64,000 nucleotides of DNA from a virus, in IMG/VR virus record IMGVR_UViG_3300027631_002653, positions 11,071 through 75,070 of that record, one strand, 5' to 3'. The notes under the pieces were generated by a model. The model was not told the origin of the DNA. It made no database searches and was given only the letters and a program-made list of their open reading frames with translations. Both the position numbers and the translations under genes were made by a program. Each line of letters starts with the position of its first letter. Positions within the stretch are counted from its first letter, which is position 1. Positions 1 to 9,734 of the stretch are shown in pieces.

Positions 1-2
1 TG

Positions 3-413
3 GGGATACATAGCGGTGACCACAGTGTTTATCCTGACTGTAGACAAGAATTTAGAGACATTGATTACCAAGCATTTCTATCAGGTAATTGGGGTGGTGA
101 AAAAGTAATTTATTATACTCCATATCTTGATACTGATAAATTTGGTATTTTAGAAGATGGTGCATCATGTTGTGAATGTTTAGGTATTGATTTTGATGAA
201 GTATATTCACGTACAAATACATCTTATAAACCAATTAAAATTAATAGGAAATGGTATAGTGATTATAAATCTGCTTCGTCTGTTGAGCGTGTAGAAGCGT
301 TTATTAAATTAGGTCGTCCTGATCCTGCAGAATATGCTGATGCAAATGGAATTGTAACATGGGAACACGTAGTAAATGAAGTAACTAAAGTATTAGAAAG
401 TCATGGAAACTAA
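3..413 (+). CDS. queC: 7-cyano-7-deazaguanine synthase QueC, C-terminal part (5' end outside window)
   Basis: Not in the ORF track; frame 3 reads GIHSGDHSVYPDCRQEFRD...VERVEAFIKLGRPDP to TAA at 411-413; YPDCR is diagnostic; neighbours are queD/queE. Confidence 0.9.
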   Translation, partial: GIHSGDHSVYPDCRQEFRDIDYQAFLSGNWGGEKVIYYTPYLDTDKFGILEDGASCCECLGIDFDEVYSRTNTSYKPIKINRKWYSDYKSASSVERVEAFIKLGRPDPAEYADANGIVTWEHVVNEVTKVLESHGN

Positions 414-624
414 GAAAAAACAACCCAAAATGAATGTGTGGCAAGAATCACATAAGGAAATTAATTTTGATAAACTTCCTGATCCAAAAAATCACCAACT
501 AATTAGCTTTCTTAAATCAGCAGTTAGAATTACAGGTTACCTTGCTTTACCTTTTGGTATTGGACTAGGGGTAACTATTTTAGTTATCAGTGAACTTATA
601 GGAATTATAGAAGAATTAGTATAA
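403..624 (+). CDS. small hypothetical membrane protein
   Basis: Hydrophobic C-terminal half; overlaps the queC stop. Confidence 0.6.
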   Translation: METKKKQPKMNVWQESHKEINFDKLPDPKNHQLISFLKSAVRITGYLALPFGIGLGVTILVISELIGIIEELV

Positions 625-830
625 TGGCTAAACAAAGAAAAAAATATACACCATCAAACATGTATGTTGTAATTAACAAACATGGAGAAGTATTTATAGG
701 ATTACAACGAGGTTATCCTGTATATTCTTCTAATTGGGATGAAGCAAAACCATTAAATAAGGAAAGTACCACTTATTTAATAGAAGAAAAAGGTACTGAA
801 TTAATATCCGAAAACGAATTTTATAAATAA
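624..830 (+). CDS. hypothetical protein
   Basis: Coupled ORF in operon. Confidence 0.6.
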   Translation: MAKQRKKYTPSNMYVVINKHGEVFIGLQRGYPVYSSNWDEAKPLNKESTTYLIEEKGTELISENEFYK

Positions 831-835
831 AAACA

Positions 836-1084
836 ATGAAACAACTATTTTATTTCTCCGCAGGGTGGTGTGTACCATGCCAAACCTTAGGTCCTATTAT
901 GGATCAAGTATCAACCCAAATCCAAGTACAAAAATTTAATATTGATTATGAAGCTGATCTTATTACAAAATATGGAGTTAAAAGTATTCCTACTGTAGTA
1001 CTCGTGGAAAATGGACAAGAAGTACGTAGATTTACAGGTGTAAAAAGTTATAATGATATAATTAGATTTGTTAACAATGGGTAG
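836..1084 (+). CDS. thioredoxin
   Basis: WCVPC active site and SIPT cis-Pro loop. Confidence 0.9.
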   Translation: MKQLFYFSAGWCVPCQTLGPIMDQVSTQIQVQKFNIDYEADLITKYGVKSIPTVVLVENGQEVRRFTGVKSYNDIIRFVNNG

Positions 1085-1634
1085 TTTTAGATCAACAAAA
1101 ATATTTGATGGATACAGTTGTGTATTTCGTCAATGGAAAGCTGAAGGAACACATTGTCAGTTTCTTCATGGTTATGGAGTATCCTTTAAAGTATGGTTCG
1201 AAGGTGAATTAGACGAACGTAATTGGGTATGGGATTTTGGAGGTATGAAACGTGCCAAAGGTACTATTGATGGTATGAATCCTAAATTATGGATGGATAA
1301 TATGTTTGACCATACTGTTATTATATCTGAAGATGATCCATACTTAGAAAATTTTAAGGAAATGTGGAAAGATGGAATTATCCAATTACGAGTAATACCA
1401 GCAACAGGAGCCGAACAGTTCGCAAAATACATTTACGAAAAATTAAATACCTTTATTCAAGAAGAAACTAACGGACGTGTAAAAATAGTTCAAGTTGAGT
1501 TTAGGGAACATGAAAAAAATACAGCATTTTATAAAGAAGATGTTAAACCTTTAGATGTTCAAGCACAGTTATCTAAAAAAGATATGGAAAATTATTTAAA
1601 TAATTATCGTTCAAATTCTAAATATGAATTCTAA
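1077..1634 (+). CDS. queD: 6-carboxy-5,6,7,8-tetrahydropterin synthase QueD
   Basis: HCQFLHGY, DFG, FDH and ATGAE motifs; ATG at 1077 preferred. Confidence 0.9.
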   Translation: MGSFRSTKIFDGYSCVFRQWKAEGTHCQFLHGYGVSFKVWFEGELDERNWVWDFGGMKRAKGTIDGMNPKLWMDNMFDHTVIISEDDPYLENFKEMWKDGIIQLRVIPATGAEQFAKYIYEKLNTFIQEETNGRVKIVQVEFREHEKNTAFYKEDVKPLDVQAQLSKKDMENYLNNYRSNSKYEF

Positions 1635-2425
1635 TGGAAAAAGAATATAAAAAACCAAGTCGCATTCTCGACTATAATAAAAAATTACCTTTGTTAGAAA
1701 TCTACCCTTGCATTCAAAGTGAAGGTAGTAGACAAGGAAGACCAACAATTGCAGTTAGAACAACAGGTTGTACTCACAGATGTTGGTTTGGTGAAGGGGG
1801 ATGGTGTGATTCTTGGTATACAAGTATTCATCCTGAAAAAGGTATTTATACATTTAATGACATTATTAAGGCATATGATGAAAATCCTCATATTACAGAA
1901 ATGATGTTAACTGGAGGTTCACCTACAATGCACCCAGATTTAGTAAACGAATTAACCCATTTTGCACATGAAAGAGGCATTTTTATCACTATCGAAACTG
2001 AAGGTAGTCATTTTGTTGAAACTGATTATCCTATCGGTCTTATATCTCTCAGCCCTAAGTTTAGCAATAGCGTTCCTATGGTTGGGGTTCTCACTCCAGC
2101 AGGTAAAGAGGTTGATCAAAAAATGGTTGACCAACATAATAAATTACGTTTAAATAAAGAAGCAATCACTCAAACCTTAGCTTACCATTCAGATTATCAT
2201 TACAAACCAGTTTGGGATGGTACTGAAGCAGGTTTAGCAGAAATTGAAGCCTTTAGGGTTGAAATGAATATCCCTAAAAATAAAACATGGTTAATGCCAG
2301 CAGGTGATACTCGTGAAACATTAATTTATATGTATCCTATCTCAATTGAAAAATGCATGGAAGTAGGTTATAACTGGACTGGTAGAGATCACATTATTTC
2401 TTACGATACAAAGAGAGCAGTTTAA
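1634..2425 (+). CDS. queE: 7-carboxy-7-deazaguanine synthase QueE (radical SAM)
   Basis: IQSEG, RTTGCTHRC...WCDS, TGGSP, IETEG and SLSPK motifs. Confidence 0.9.
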   Translation: MEKEYKKPSRILDYNKKLPLLEIYPCIQSEGSRQGRPTIAVRTTGCTHRCWFGEGGWCDSWYTSIHPEKGIYTFNDIIKAYDENPHITEMMLTGGSPTMHPDLVNELTHFAHERGIFITIETEGSHFVETDYPIGLISLSPKFSNSVPMVGVLTPAGKEVDQKMVDQHNKLRLNKEAITQTLAYHSDYHYKPVWDGTEAGLAEIEAFRVEMNIPKNKTWLMPAGDTRETLIYMYPISIEKCMEVGYNWTGRDHIISYDTKRAV

Positions 2426-2429
2426 AAAT

Positions 2430-3104
2430 ATGAAAGACGCGTTAAATCAATTCCCTTATACTTTTACAATTGATTATTCTAATGGATTAAAAGTAATTGT
2501 TTATGATAATTTAGATTCTGAAAATTCTTTTTTGTCAAGAGTTTATATTAAAAAAACAAAAAACCAAAACAAATTAAAATGGGCTCACAATAGTGCTGGA
2601 GGACATTGGATTGAGGAAGAATTTATTAACAGTGAAGAATTTTATTTACCTTGGGGAGAACATAATATTAAAAGTGATCATTTTTATGTTTATTATTATA
2701 AAGGTTTTGCCCCTTATTATATTGAAATTACTGATAATAAAACGCAAGAAATAGTTTATAAAGAAGCATTTGATACTCGTCATAAATTAGTTAATTTTAC
2801 TTTACATAGTAATGATCCAAAAACAATTCATACTTGGATGTGTGTTATTGAAAAGTTTAAAAAAGATAATGAATGTCAAATTTCAATTACAAATGATTAT
2901 CTTAAAGAAAATCAAATGTATGATTTTGTGGATTGTTATTGGAGCATAGAAGAAAATTTCCAACGTTTTTATGCTGGATATAATATTGGAAGATTTGGAA
3001 CTGAAAATACTCCTGATTTGTTTCAAAATCCTGATGGAATTCAAGGTAAAAATGATTTAGAAATTATTGAAGATATATTATATCATTATACTAAAAGTTT
3101 ATGA
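2430..3104 (+). CDS. hypothetical protein resembling the N-terminal part of Aah/TibC-type heptosyltransferases (degenerate)
   Basis: By-eye similarity of FDTRHKLVNFTLHS..TWM..IEKFKKDNEC to the family pattern; catalytic LGD absent. Confidence 0.4.
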   Translation: MKDALNQFPYTFTIDYSNGLKVIVYDNLDSENSFLSRVYIKKTKNQNKLKWAHNSAGGHWIEEEFINSEEFYLPWGEHNIKSDHFYVYYYKGFAPYYIEITDNKTQEIVYKEAFDTRHKLVNFTLHSNDPKTIHTWMCVIEKFKKDNECQISITNDYLKENQMYDFVDCYWSIEENFQRFYAGYNIGRFGTENTPDLFQNPDGIQGKNDLEIIEDILYHYTKSL

Positions 3105-3757
3105 ACAATGTATTAATGATAATGAATGCTAGAAATCTATCAGCATTTAAAGAATGTGTTAATAAATTAAATATATCTAAAGTTTGGTTTAAAGGATATC
3201 GTGAATTTGAACTTAATGATGAAATAAATAAATTTATTCAAGAAACAAATTTTGATAATTATTTTATAGTTTCTGATGATTTAGTCATTAATAAAAAAGA
3301 TTTTGAATTTCTTGAAGACCAATTAAATTATTATCCTATAGTAACAGGTTGGGGTGTTTGGAGACAAAATTGGGATTGGACTACTATTCATTTACAAAAT
3401 AAAATCCATACTTTTAATCAAGGTGATAAGTTACCTATATTTAAAAAACATTATAATATAGTTAAAACTTATGAGATTGACAGTATGCCTGATGTTATTG
3501 AAACTGCATTTACTGGATGGTTTTATACGGGTATTAGACGTGATATATGGTTAAAATACCCATATCAAACAATGTCAATTAAACCTTGGATGCCGGGAGC
3601 ATCAACAGATGCTCATTGGTCAAAACGAATTTTAAAGGATAATATTTATAAACAAATATGCTTTAAACAAGCTAGAGTATTACATTTATCTTATTCTGGT
3701 AAAGATTATGAAGATTTAGATTTTACCGACAAACAAATAATCACCGACTTTATATGA
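3101..3757 (+). CDS. putative GT-A fold glycosyltransferase
   Basis: YFIVSDDLVI acidic motif, later STD and terminal H. Confidence 0.45.
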   Translation: MNNVLMIMNARNLSAFKECVNKLNISKVWFKGYREFELNDEINKFIQETNFDNYFIVSDDLVINKKDFEFLEDQLNYYPIVTGWGVWRQNWDWTTIHLQNKIHTFNQGDKLPIFKKHYNIVKTYEIDSMPDVIETAFTGWFYTGIRRDIWLKYPYQTMSIKPWMPGASTDAHWSKRILKDNIYKQICFKQARVLHLSYSGKDYEDLDFTDKQIITDFI

Positions 3758-4353
3758 AAAAAATTATATTAATTTTAACATTGATACTAATTTCAGTATC
3801 AACATTTGCTCAAACATTAAATGATAGTATTCATTGGAATACACCCTATTATACAATTGATTACTCAGAAAAACTTGAACAACCAAAAAATATTTGGTAT
3901 ACAGTAGTTTGTCCTCATGGAATGGCTTCTAGGGTTGGAATGGAATTTTATGGTGAAGAAGGTATTAAAACCTCAGATAGTAAAGATTATGAAGCTAATG
4001 AATGGGATAAAGGTCATATGGTTCCAGCAGCCTCTTTAAATTGTGATAGAAATATGTTATGGGAAACATTTAGTTATATGAATTGTGCTTTACAACAACA
4101 ATCTCTTAATCGTGGTGTTTGGAAAAAACTTGAAATGCAAGAACGTGAATTTTCAAAAGTTAACAATAACGTAAAAGTTTATATTAAAGTAGAATTTGAT
4201 GCTAATCCAAAACGTGTACCAGCTGGAGCAGCTATTCCTAAAGGATTTTATAAAGAAATAACAATTGATAAAAGAACTAAATTTTGTTACTATTTTCCAA
4301 ATATTGCTCCTATAACAAGTGATTTGAACACATTTAAATGTAATTGCAGATGA
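3754..4353 (+). CDS. secreted DNA/RNA non-specific endonuclease (NucA/EndA-like)
   Basis: Signal peptide MKKIILILTLILISVSTFA; DKGHMVPA, LNRGVWKKLE and IPKGFYK motifs. Confidence 0.85.
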   Translation: MKKIILILTLILISVSTFAQTLNDSIHWNTPYYTIDYSEKLEQPKNIWYTVVCPHGMASRVGMEFYGEEGIKTSDSKDYEANEWDKGHMVPAASLNCDRNMLWETFSYMNCALQQQSLNRGVWKKLEMQEREFSKVNNNVKVYIKVEFDANPKRVPAGAAIPKGFYKEITIDKRTKFCYYFPNIAPITSDLNTFKCNCR

Positions 4354-4634
4354 ATAAACAACTATTAATTGAAGCTTTAGATAATAAAAAGGATGTAATA
4401 TTCTTTTTTAATTCTACTAGCTGTAAATCATGTTCTGAGGTTAAACCTTTAGTAGAACAATTTGCTAAAACAAAAAATAAATCATTATTTATGGATGTTG
4501 TAGAGGGAACTCCCGATTCTGAATATTTAGAAAAATTTTGTGGAATTGAATTTTACCCAACTTTAATCCTCCTAGAATCGTCAGGTGCGTTAAAACGTTA
4601 TGTAGGTAAAAATCAAATCAAAAGTATTATATGA
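4350..4634 (+). CDS. thioredoxin-like protein
   Basis: CKSC motif and FYPT loop. Confidence 0.75.
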   Translation: MNKQLLIEALDNKKDVIFFFNSTSCKSCSEVKPLVEQFAKTKNKSLFMDVVEGTPDSEYLEKFCGIEFYPTLILLESSGALKRYVGKNQIKSII

Positions 4635-5143
4635 AAAAACAAATTTTATTTACAGAAAGTGAAATAAAAAATAAAGTAGGTGAAATTGCTCATAATCTTA
4701 AAAAAAGAGAACATGATTTTCCTCCCGTATTTATATGCGTTTTAAACGGCGCTTTTATGTTTTTTACGGACTTGGTGAAGCGTGTAGGTGAATGCGAAAT
4801 AGACTTTATACGCGCGAAATCTTACACGGGTATCACGCAGACTAGCGTCTCAATTTCTAAATCAATTGAAATAGATATTGCTCGAAAAGACGTATACCTA
4901 GTAGATGATATCTATGATACTGGGGAAACAATGAAAGCATTGATTCAACATTTAAATCTTAACAATCCAAAATCAATCACTCCAATCACATTATTTAAGC
5001 GTTGGAGCTCCCACAACTCCGACTTAATTTATGGTTTTGAATTAAAAACCGAAACTTTTTTAGTTGGATATGGATTAGATAATGAAAAAGGTCTTCAAAG
5101 AAATCAAAAATATATAACAGGTATAGCAGATGATGTAAATTAG
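4631..5143 (+). CDS. hpt: hypoxanthine/purine phosphoribosyltransferase
   Basis: VLNGAFMF, PRPP loop LVDDIYDTGET, FLVGYGLD. Confidence 0.85.
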   Translation: MKKQILFTESEIKNKVGEIAHNLKKREHDFPPVFICVLNGAFMFFTDLVKRVGECEIDFIRAKSYTGITQTSVSISKSIEIDIARKDVYLVDDIYDTGETMKALIQHLNLNNPKSITPITLFKRWSSHNSDLIYGFELKTETFLVGYGLDNEKGLQRNQKYITGIADDVN

Positions 5144-5153
5144 ATAACATATA

Positions 5154-5183
5154 CTTGGAATACCAAAAGAGGATTAGTATATT
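5154..5183 (+). promoter_or_regulatory. phage promoter (variant)
   Basis: CTTGG-N17-AGTATATT upstream of folE. Confidence 0.6.
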
Positions 5184-5203
5184 ACATTAAAATAAAAAGT
5201 TAT

Positions 5204-5899
5204 ATGGAAAATAAAAGACGAAAAAACCACACTGATTTAGAGTGTGTTCAAACAGGTTTCGCTAATGGAGTTGCACCTGGATTCCCACTTACTGAAAAAG
5301 AAAAGTGGTCAATGGTTGATGAAGCTGAAGAAGCATATGGTAAATTCCTAACAGCATTAGGTTGTGATTGGGAAAATGATCCAAATTCAATGGAAACACC
5401 TCGCCGTGTAGCTAAAGCTTATGTATTTGATTTATGGGCTGGTCGTTATGATGCAATGTCTAATATCACTTCATTCCCTTCAGACGGATATGATGGTATT
5501 GTAATTGAAAGAAACATTCCAATTAATTCAATGTGTTCGCATCACCACCAAACAATTGGAGGCGTAGTTCATATCGGTTATGTAGTAGGTAAAGATGGAC
5601 ACGTAATTGGATTATCTAAATTAAACCGAATTGTAGAATTATTCGGTCGTAGAGGAGCAATTCAAGAACAACTAACATCTGCTATTCACAATGCTGTAAA
5701 TAAAATTTGTGAAAAAAATAGAGGTGTAATTGTTACTGTAGTAGCAACTCACAACTGTGTTTCATGTCGTGGTATTAAACACCAAGGAGCTTCAATGGTT
5801 ACAACCAAAGCATCAGGTGTGTTTATGGAAAATGATAATCAAGCACGTAAAGAGTTTTTTGATAGTTTAAAAATTAACAATGGTGGTCACCAAATTTAA
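5204..5899 (+). CDS. folE: GTP cyclohydrolase I
   Basis: TPRRVAK, SMCSHH, GLSKLNR, QEQLT and HNCVSCRG motifs. Confidence 0.95.
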   Translation: MENKRRKNHTDLECVQTGFANGVAPGFPLTEKEKWSMVDEAEEAYGKFLTALGCDWENDPNSMETPRRVAKAYVFDLWAGRYDAMSNITSFPSDGYDGIVIERNIPINSMCSHHHQTIGGVVHIGYVVGKDGHVIGLSKLNRIVELFGRRGAIQEQLTSAIHNAVNKICEKNRGVIVTVVATHNCVSCRGIKHQGASMVTTKASGVFMENDNQARKEFFDSLKINNGGHQI

Positions 5900-5904
5900 T
5901 AGTT

Positions 5905-6390
5905 ATGAATAGTAAAGAAAATTACGTACCGTTTGTAAGCGAGGTTGAAGAGTTCAACACTTTAATGAATAAACCTAACAACTATGTACCCACAATTCCA
6001 GAAAATAAAGCTGAATGGGAATTTGTTTACAACTTCATTCTCGAGGAACTTGAAGAATATAAACAAGCTTGCGAAAGTGGAAACATCGTTGAGGTTTTGG
6101 ACGCTTTGTGTGACATTACTTATGTATCCCTTGGGAACGGTGCTATGCTTCATGGTCTTAAGGATAAAGTTTGGCCAGCGTATATGGAAGTACAGGCGTC
6201 AAACCTTTCAAAAGCTTGCTCTACACAAGAAGAGGCTGAAGAAACTGTACAACTTCGTTCCAAAGAACAAGGCGAACTTTGTCATTATGAACAAGTTGGT
6301 GATAAGTACATTGTATATCGTAGCCGAGACCGAAAGGTAATGAAAAATGTAAATTATTTTAGACCGAATCTTAAACAATTCTTTGAATAA
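5905..6390 (+). CDS. MazG-like/PRA-PH family nucleoside triphosphate pyrophosphohydrolase
   Basis: EELEEY...EVLDALCD...EVQASNLSK; C-terminal KVMK..Y..P. Confidence 0.8.
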   Translation: MNSKENYVPFVSEVEEFNTLMNKPNNYVPTIPENKAEWEFVYNFILEELEEYKQACESGNIVEVLDALCDITYVSLGNGAMLHGLKDKVWPAYMEVQASNLSKACSTQEEAEETVQLRSKEQGELCHYEQVGDKYIVYRSRDRKVMKNVNYFRPNLKQFFE

Positions 6391-8990
6391 TGTATCAATC
6401 TATCTATTATGATAGGGATACTTACGAATACCATTTACGAGATGATGTAAAAGGTTGGAAGACATTTAAATATCAACCAACCCTTTACCAACTTGATCCA
6501 GATGGTGAATTTGAGACCCTAGATGGCCAAAACGTGTCCCCTATTAAAAAGATGGACAACTGGAAGGATCCTAAATATTTTGAAAAGGATGTTGATAAAG
6601 ATACTCGTGTATTAGTTGACTTTTATTACGAATCTGATGAAACACCTTCATATCACAATTTAGTTTATCTGGATATTGAGTGTGAGATTGCAGGAGCACT
6701 TACACCTGAAAATATTAAAGATCCCAAAGGTAAAATTACATCTGTTGCTTTATACGATAACAATAGTAAAAAATATTATTGTTTAGTTTTAGATGAACAG
6801 AAACTAATGACTGAAGCTAAATCTGAAGGTAAAGAAGTTATTCCATATAAATCGGAAAAAGATTTATTAAATGGATTTCTCGATGTTTGGATTAAATTAG
6901 ATCCAACTATTATTTCAGGGTGGAATAGTGAATTTTTTGATATACCTTATCTTTATTATCGTATTATTAAAGTATTAGGACAAGATTTAGCTAATTATTT
7001 ATCTCCACTTCAAAAAGTTAAAACAAAAATCGTTCAAACTAAAAATGGTTTAGCAGAACACGTAATTGTAGCTGGTCTTAATCATTTAGATTATATGAAC
7101 TTATTTAAAAAGTTTATTACTAAACAAGAATCAAGCTATGCATTAGGGAATATTGGAGAAAAATATGTTAAGTTAGGTAAAATAGAATATCAAGGTTCAC
7201 TTGACAAATTATTTAGAGAAGATATAGACAAATTCATTGAATATAATATTCGAGATGTTGAAATTATTGTTGAATTAGAAAAATCACTTAAGTTTATTGA
7301 ATTAACAGCAACAATTTGTCACCTGTGTCATACACCTTATGAAACTATATATTATTCAACTGTATTAAATGAGGGAGCTATTTTAACTTACTTAAAACGT
7401 AAAGGTATAGTTTCACCTAATAAACCTACTACATATAACCCCGGATTAAAAGAAATTAAGGAAGAATATGCTGGAGGTTATTTAAAAGACCCAATACCAG
7501 GTTTATATGAGTGGGTTATTGATTTAGACTTTACATCACTATATCCTAGTATTATCCGTTCATTAAATATGGGGATAGAAACATTAGTAGGTCGTGTTGT
7601 AAATAGAGATAAATTTGATAATCAATGGTCATTAAGGGAACTTAAAAAAATGGACCCTAATAAGATTGTTGAAATTGAAAAGATTAATAAAAACCGCTCA
7701 TTAGTTCGTTCTGAAGTTAAAGTAAAAGATATTGTTTCATTGATTGAAGAAGGTGATTTACTCATATCAGCTCCCGGTGTAATATTCCGTAAAGATAAAT
7801 CAAGTGTTGTTTGTGAAATATTAGCTGACTGGTTTTCTAAACGCCAAGAATATAAGGTGTTAATGAAAAAAGCATATAAAGTCGATAATGACCCTATTAT
7901 GGGTGAGTTTTATAATAAGCGTCAACACGCGTATAAGATTAAATTAAACGACGTTTACGGTGTATTTGCCATTAATGGTTGGAGATACACTGATGGACAT
8001 AAATTTATTAGTAAAGCAATTACACTTACTGGACAAAGATTACTACAGGAAAGTATTAAAAATATGAATGCTTATCTAAATAAAGAGATGAATATTGATA
8101 AAGATTCAATTATTACAAGTGATACCGATAGTTTATTTATTCAATGTTCTAATTTATTATTACATAGACATCCAGATTTAGATTTAAATAATAAAGATGA
8201 AGTAATACCTAAAATATTAGAAATAGCTACTGAATTACAAAACATGGCTAATAAATTTATAGGTGAATTTTGTCAAGAAGCATTTAACATTAAACCTGAT
8301 GAACCACACTATTTTGAATTAAAACAAGAGGTTGTATTAGATAGAGGTTATTTTGCTGGTAAACGTAGATATGCTATTCATATTGTAAATAAGGAAGGTG
8401 TAACAACAGATGAGTTAGATATGAAAGGTCTAGATTTGATGAAATCAAATTTTCCCCCATTATTTAGAAAGTTTGGAGAACATATTTTAAATGAAGTTAT
8501 GTTTGGTACTAAAAAATCATCTATTGATAAACAAATACTTGAATTTAGAGAATCACTTAGAACAGTTGGTTGGGAACAAATTATGAAACCTACTGGATTA
8601 AAGAAAATGCAAGAATATATAGCATCAGGCCCAACAGCAGGTGAAATATTTTCTAAATTAGGTTTAAAATGTCCTATTAATACTAAAGCAGCTATCTATT
8701 ACAATGATTTATTGCGTTTTAAAGGTTTAGATAAAAAACATCCAACATTTCAAATAGGAGATAAAATGTACATTGGATACCTGAAGGAAAATCCGTATCG
8801 TATCGAAGTAATAGGATTTAATGGACATAGTGACCCACCTGAAATTATGAATTTTATAGAAAAATATATTGATAGGGATGGATTGTTTGATTCAGTATTA
8901 AAAAATAAATTAGAAGGTATTTATAGCGATCTAGGTTGGGGTATGCCTATATTTAACAAAAAGATAAACAAATTTTTTACATTTGAATAA
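6390..8990 (+). CDS. family B DNA polymerase with 3'-5' exonuclease
   Basis: Exo motifs DIEC, GWNSEFFDIPY, YNIRDV; polymerase motifs DFTSLYPS, KIKLNDVYG, SDTDS, KRRY, KG. Confidence 0.95.
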   Translation: MYQSIYYDRDTYEYHLRDDVKGWKTFKYQPTLYQLDPDGEFETLDGQNVSPIKKMDNWKDPKYFEKDVDKDTRVLVDFYYESDETPSYHNLVYLDIECEIAGALTPENIKDPKGKITSVALYDNNSKKYYCLVLDEQKLMTEAKSEGKEVIPYKSEKDLLNGFLDVWIKLDPTIISGWNSEFFDIPYLYYRIIKVLGQDLANYLSPLQKVKTKIVQTKNGLAEHVIVAGLNHLDYMNLFKKFITKQESSYALGNIGEKYVKLGKIEYQGSLDKLFREDIDKFIEYNIRDVEIIVELEKSLKFIELTATICHLCHTPYETIYYSTVLNEGAILTYLKRKGIVSPNKPTTYNPGLKEIKEEYAGGYLKDPIPGLYEWVIDLDFTSLYPSIIRSLNMGIETLVGRVVNRDKFDNQWSLRELKKMDPNKIVEIEKINKNRSLVRSEVKVKDIVSLIEEGDLLISAPGVIFRKDKSSVVCEILADWFSKRQEYKVLMKKAYKVDNDPIMGEFYNKRQHAYKIKLNDVYGVFAINGWRYTDGHKFISKAITLTGQRLLQESIKNMNAYLNKEMNIDKDSIITSDTDSLFIQCSNLLLHRHPDLDLNNKDEVIPKILEIATELQNMANKFIGEFCQEAFNIKPDEPHYFELKQEVVLDRGYFAGKRRYAIHIVNKEGVTTDELDMKGLDLMKSNFPPLFRKFGEHILNEVMFGTKKSSIDKQILEFRESLRTVGWEQIMKPTGLKKMQEYIASGPTAGEIFSKLGLKCPINTKAAIYYNDLLRFKGLDKKHPTFQIGDKMYIGYLKENPYRIEVIGFNGHSDPPEIMNFIEKYIDRDGLFDSVLKNKLEGIYSDLGWGMPIFNKKINKFFTFE

Positions 8991-8993
8991 GTT

Positions 8994-9734
8994 ATGATAA
9001 ACAAATTAGACCTAACATCAGTTATTTCAAAATATTACCTTAACGGGATGATTGAACCCGTTAAATGGGATATTAAAGATGAAACCTTAACAATTAAATT
9101 TAATGCTCCTACTAAGGATATGATTGGTAAAGTTGTATTTAAAGGTATGCCTCTTGAAGATTCAATAATTGCTATTAGTAATACTACTCAATTAAATAAA
9201 CTAATCGGTATTACAAATGGTTATTTAGAATTAAGTTATGTAAAAATAAACAAGTTTATTACTAAGTTAATTATAGCTGATAATCAATTTACTTTAAATT
9301 ATGCTTTAGCTGATACTATGATTATTCCTAAAGCTGGTGAATTAAATGATGATACTGAGTGGAATATTGAAGCGCCTTTAGATAATGAAAGTATTAATGC
9401 TATTGTTAGAGCCAAATCAGCATTAGCTGAAAGTGAAACTGTAGTTATTAAACCATACGAAAACGCTGATGGTGAATTTCAAATTGAAATGCAGTTTGGT
9501 GGTAACGTAGAACATGCTAATAAAGTATCATTTTATATACCACAAGCAACATCAAATAATATACCAGACGACTTTAAAGAACACTATAATTCAAATATGA
9601 TTAAAGAAATCATGTATTGTAATAAAGATATGGCCGGTGGTACTATTAAGATTAATTTAGACGGTATAATGGAACTTACATTTGAAAACGAAAATGTTAA
9701 AAGTACGTACTATGTCGTGTCAAAAGAGATATAG
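8994..9734 (+). CDS. sliding clamp (gp45/PCNA-like)
   Basis: ~250 aa, follows the polymerase, PCNA-like C-terminal strand pattern; clamp loader nearby. Confidence 0.7.
   Translation: MINKLDLTSVISKYYLNGMIEPVKWDIKDETLTIKFNAPTKDMIGKVVFKGMPLEDSIIAISNTTQLNKLIGITNGYLELSYVKINKFITKLIIADNQFTLNYALADTMIIPKAGELNDDTEWNIEAPLDNESINAIVRAKSALAESETVVIKPYENADGEFQIEMQFGGNVEHANKVSFYIPQATSNNIPDDFKEHYNSNMIKEIMYCNKDMAGGTIKINLDGIMELTFENENVKSTYYVVSKEI

Noticed and set aside
3-5899. Queuosine tRNA-modification pathway
   Set aside because: No queF, tgt, queA or GUN-anticodon tRNAs in the window; DNA modification is the more usual role in phages, though not proven here
6390-8990. Intein or intron in the polymerase
   Set aside because: Length and motif spacing are normal with no insertion
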